Part shown: piece after piece, positions 62,618-64,000 of the stretch
How the letters are laid out: every line of letters starts with the position of its first letter
Position numbering within the stretch: position 1 is the stretch's first letter
Source of the DNA: an uncultured Gammaproteobacteria bacterium
GTDB taxonomy: Bacteria > Patescibacteriota > Microgenomatia > Daviesbacterales > UBA10151
DNA: 64,000 bases
Direction: 5' to 3'
Assembly (NCBI GenBank): GCA_964504985.1
Contig: CAZDFU010000003.1
Coordinates: forward strand, 822 to 64,821
Made by a program: the position numbers and the translations under genes
Notes under the pieces: generated by a model
Seen by the model: only the letters and a program-made list of their open reading frames with translations
Told to the model about the DNA's origin: nothing
Database searches by the model: none

Positions 62618-62806
62618 ATGGGTTTCAAAGAAGATAACGCTAAGAAATTTAAAAAAGCTCGGGAGGATCAGAGTCTTACTCAAGCTCAAGTTGCTAAAAG
62701 GGCAAAAATAAGCACCAATTACTACGCACGAATTGAGAGAGCTGATCCTGAAGCCAGAGGGAATGTTTTAGATAGAATTGCGAAGGCTCTAGGGGTAAAG
62801 CTATAA
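62618..62806 (+). CDS. XRE-family HTH transcriptional regulator (start ATG at 62618)
   Basis: FKKAREDQSLTQAQVAKRAKISTNYYARIER...IAKALGV. Confidence 0.88.
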   Translation: MGFKEDNAKKFKKAREDQSLTQAQVAKRAKISTNYYARIERADPEARGNVLDRIAKALGVKL

Positions 62807-62856
62807 AACTTTCTTTCATCTGAATTTTTTAATATAATACGATTTGGAATAACGAA

Positions 62857-62966
62857 TGCCCTCGGGTGAGTAGTTTTCGCTTTCTGTCTCCTCTTGCTCT
62901 GGGTAAGCAAGCATGATTTTATAAATCCAAGGCAGAAAGTGTTCAAAAGAAAGTCGCTCAGGGGCA
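62857..62966 (+). ncRNA. Candidate structured ncRNA
   Basis: TGCCCTCGGGTGA/TCGCTCAGGGGCA and CGCTTTCTGTCT/AGGCAGAAAGTG stems capped by two hairpins; TATAAT at 62833. Confidence 0.45.
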
Positions 62967-63013
62967 CTTAAATTCTATGGACGGTTAGCTCAGGAAGAGC
63001 GCTTCGCTCTGAT

Positions 63014-63086
63014 GGAGTCGTAGCTCAGTTGGTAGAGCGTCTGATTTACATTCAGAAGGTCACAGGTTCGAGACCTGTCGGCTCCA
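63014..63086 (+). tRNA. tRNA-Val (TAC)
   Basis: GGAGTCG/CGGCTCC; TCTGA-TTTACAT-TCAGA; ACAGG-TTCGAGA-CCTGT. Confidence 0.95.
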
Positions 63087-63171
63087 CATTCGAAGATGGC
63101 GGGGGTTCAAATCCCTCAGTACCCACTTGATTCCAGTGGCACTGCCCTGTGATATACTAAATCTTACTTTT

Positions 63172-64000
63172 ATGTGCGGGATATTTGGTTATGTTGGCCC
63201 TAAAAATGCTCCTGAAATTATTTTGGAAGGATTAAAAAGGCTTGAATATAGAGGTTATGATTCCTGGGGAATTGCTGTTACTGCAGATGTTATCAGCGTT
63301 AATAAGCAAATAGGAGCTATAGGTGACCTTGATAAATTAGCCTCTTTGCCCCCTTCTTCTGCAGGAATTGGCCATACCCGTTGGGCCACCCATGGTGCAA
63401 TAACCCAACCTAATGCTCACCCTCATTCCTCTACTGATAAAAGTTTTGTCCTGGCCCAAAATGGGATAGTTGAAAATTACCAGAAATTAAAAAAAGAACT
63501 TATTAAAAAAGGTTATAAATTTGAGAGTGAGACAGACACAGAAGTAATTGTCAGACTTATTGAAGACAAACGGGGTTCAAAAGATGATTTACAAGAGGCT
63601 GTCAGAGAGGCTTTTTTAGAACTGGAGGGCAGAAATACCATTATTGTTTTAACTAAAGACGGACAAATTATCTCTTGCAGGAATGGTTCCCCTTTGGTAA
63701 TTGGTAACAATAAAGAAGAAATGTTTTTTTCCTCAGATACCCTTTCCTTTGCTCCATACTCAAATTCAGTACTGGTTGTGGAAAATGGGCAAATGGTTTG
63801 TTGGAATGGAAAGCTGGAGGTAAGGGATATAAAAACAAATAAATCCTTGCCTGTTCATTTTGAGAAGATCAATTTTAAAAGCAGTAAAGTTGATAAAGAA
63901 GGCTATGATCACTTTATGTTAAAAGAAATTTCTGAAAGTCCTTATGTTATAAATCAGGTTATAAACCAGGTTGAAGATATAATTTCCTTAGCCAAAGTTA
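63172..64000 (+). CDS. glmS: Glutamine--fructose-6-phosphate aminotransferase (runs off window end)
   Basis: Not in ORF track. MCGIFGYVG...GLKRLEYRGYDSWG, GHTRWATHG, NAHPH, SETDTEVI. Confidence 0.97.
   Translation, partial: MCGIFGYVGPKNAPEIILEGLKRLEYRGYDSWGIAVTADVISVNKQIGAIGDLDKLASLPPSSAGIGHTRWATHGAITQPNAHPHSSTDKSFVLAQNGIVENYQKLKKELIKKGYKFESETDTEVIVRLIEDKRGSKDDLQEAVREAFLELEGRNTIIVLTKDGQIISCRNGSPLVIGNNKEEMFFSSDTLSFAPYSNSVLVVENGQMVCWNGKLEVRDIKTNKSLPVHFEKINFKSSKVDKEGYDHFMLKEISESPYVINQVINQVEDIISLAKV

Larger units (their letters stand above)
57018..62806. mobile_element. Serine-recombinase island at tRNA-Leu(GAG), partly decayed
   Basis: Recombinase abuts the tRNA; relaxase and GNAT remnants; XRE regulator shares an operator with the recombinase promoter. 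Right boundary uncertain. Confidence 0.65.

Noticed and set aside
63100-63126. attR copy of tRNA-Leu(GAG) closing the recombinase island
   Set aside because: Similarity is limited to the generic GGTTCAA T-loop; the acceptor sequence does not match.

Overview
Low-GC bacterial chromosome segment, standard genetic code. Gene content (DUF5663/DUF5665-like small proteins, archaeal-type TyrRS, short ATP synthase delta, MurT/GatD, many -10 boxes abutting start codons) suggests Patescibacteria/CPR, probably Microgenomates; this is inference. Housekeeping genes: recG (partial), tyrS, an F1Fo ATP synthase operon with atpC displaced about 5 kb, three GT2 glycosyltransferases, PBP1A, thrS-infC-rpmI-rplT-pheS-pheT, murT-gatD, yvcK, glmS (partial) and six tRNAs. 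Three small accessory islands abut tRNA 3' ends: at tRNA-Tyr (MazEF, SF2 helicase, recombinase remnant), at tRNA-Leu(TAG) (HTH-PIN pair, isoprenoid-synthase-like gene) and at tRNA-Leu(GAG) (intact large serine recombinase, XRE regulator). Most notable unannotated signals: (1) a complete thrL-like Thr-rich leader peptide attenuator upstream of thrS; (2) several families of short palindromic elements, found both between genes and in frame inside essential genes (atpA, thrS, pheS, pheT, gatD, murT, recG); (3) a tRNA-Val nested between two halves of a second tRNA-like sequence; (4) two unannotated structured-RNA candidates; (5) an N-terminal domain I do not recognise, shared by adjacent PP2C and LCP proteins; (6) two beta-carbonic-anhydrase-like genes inside the atp locus; (7) tandem CRP-type boxes and a shared XRE/recombinase operator; (8) a C1:G72 tRNA-Tyr matching the archaeal-type TyrRS. 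All calls come from reading the sequence by eye; no searches were run.
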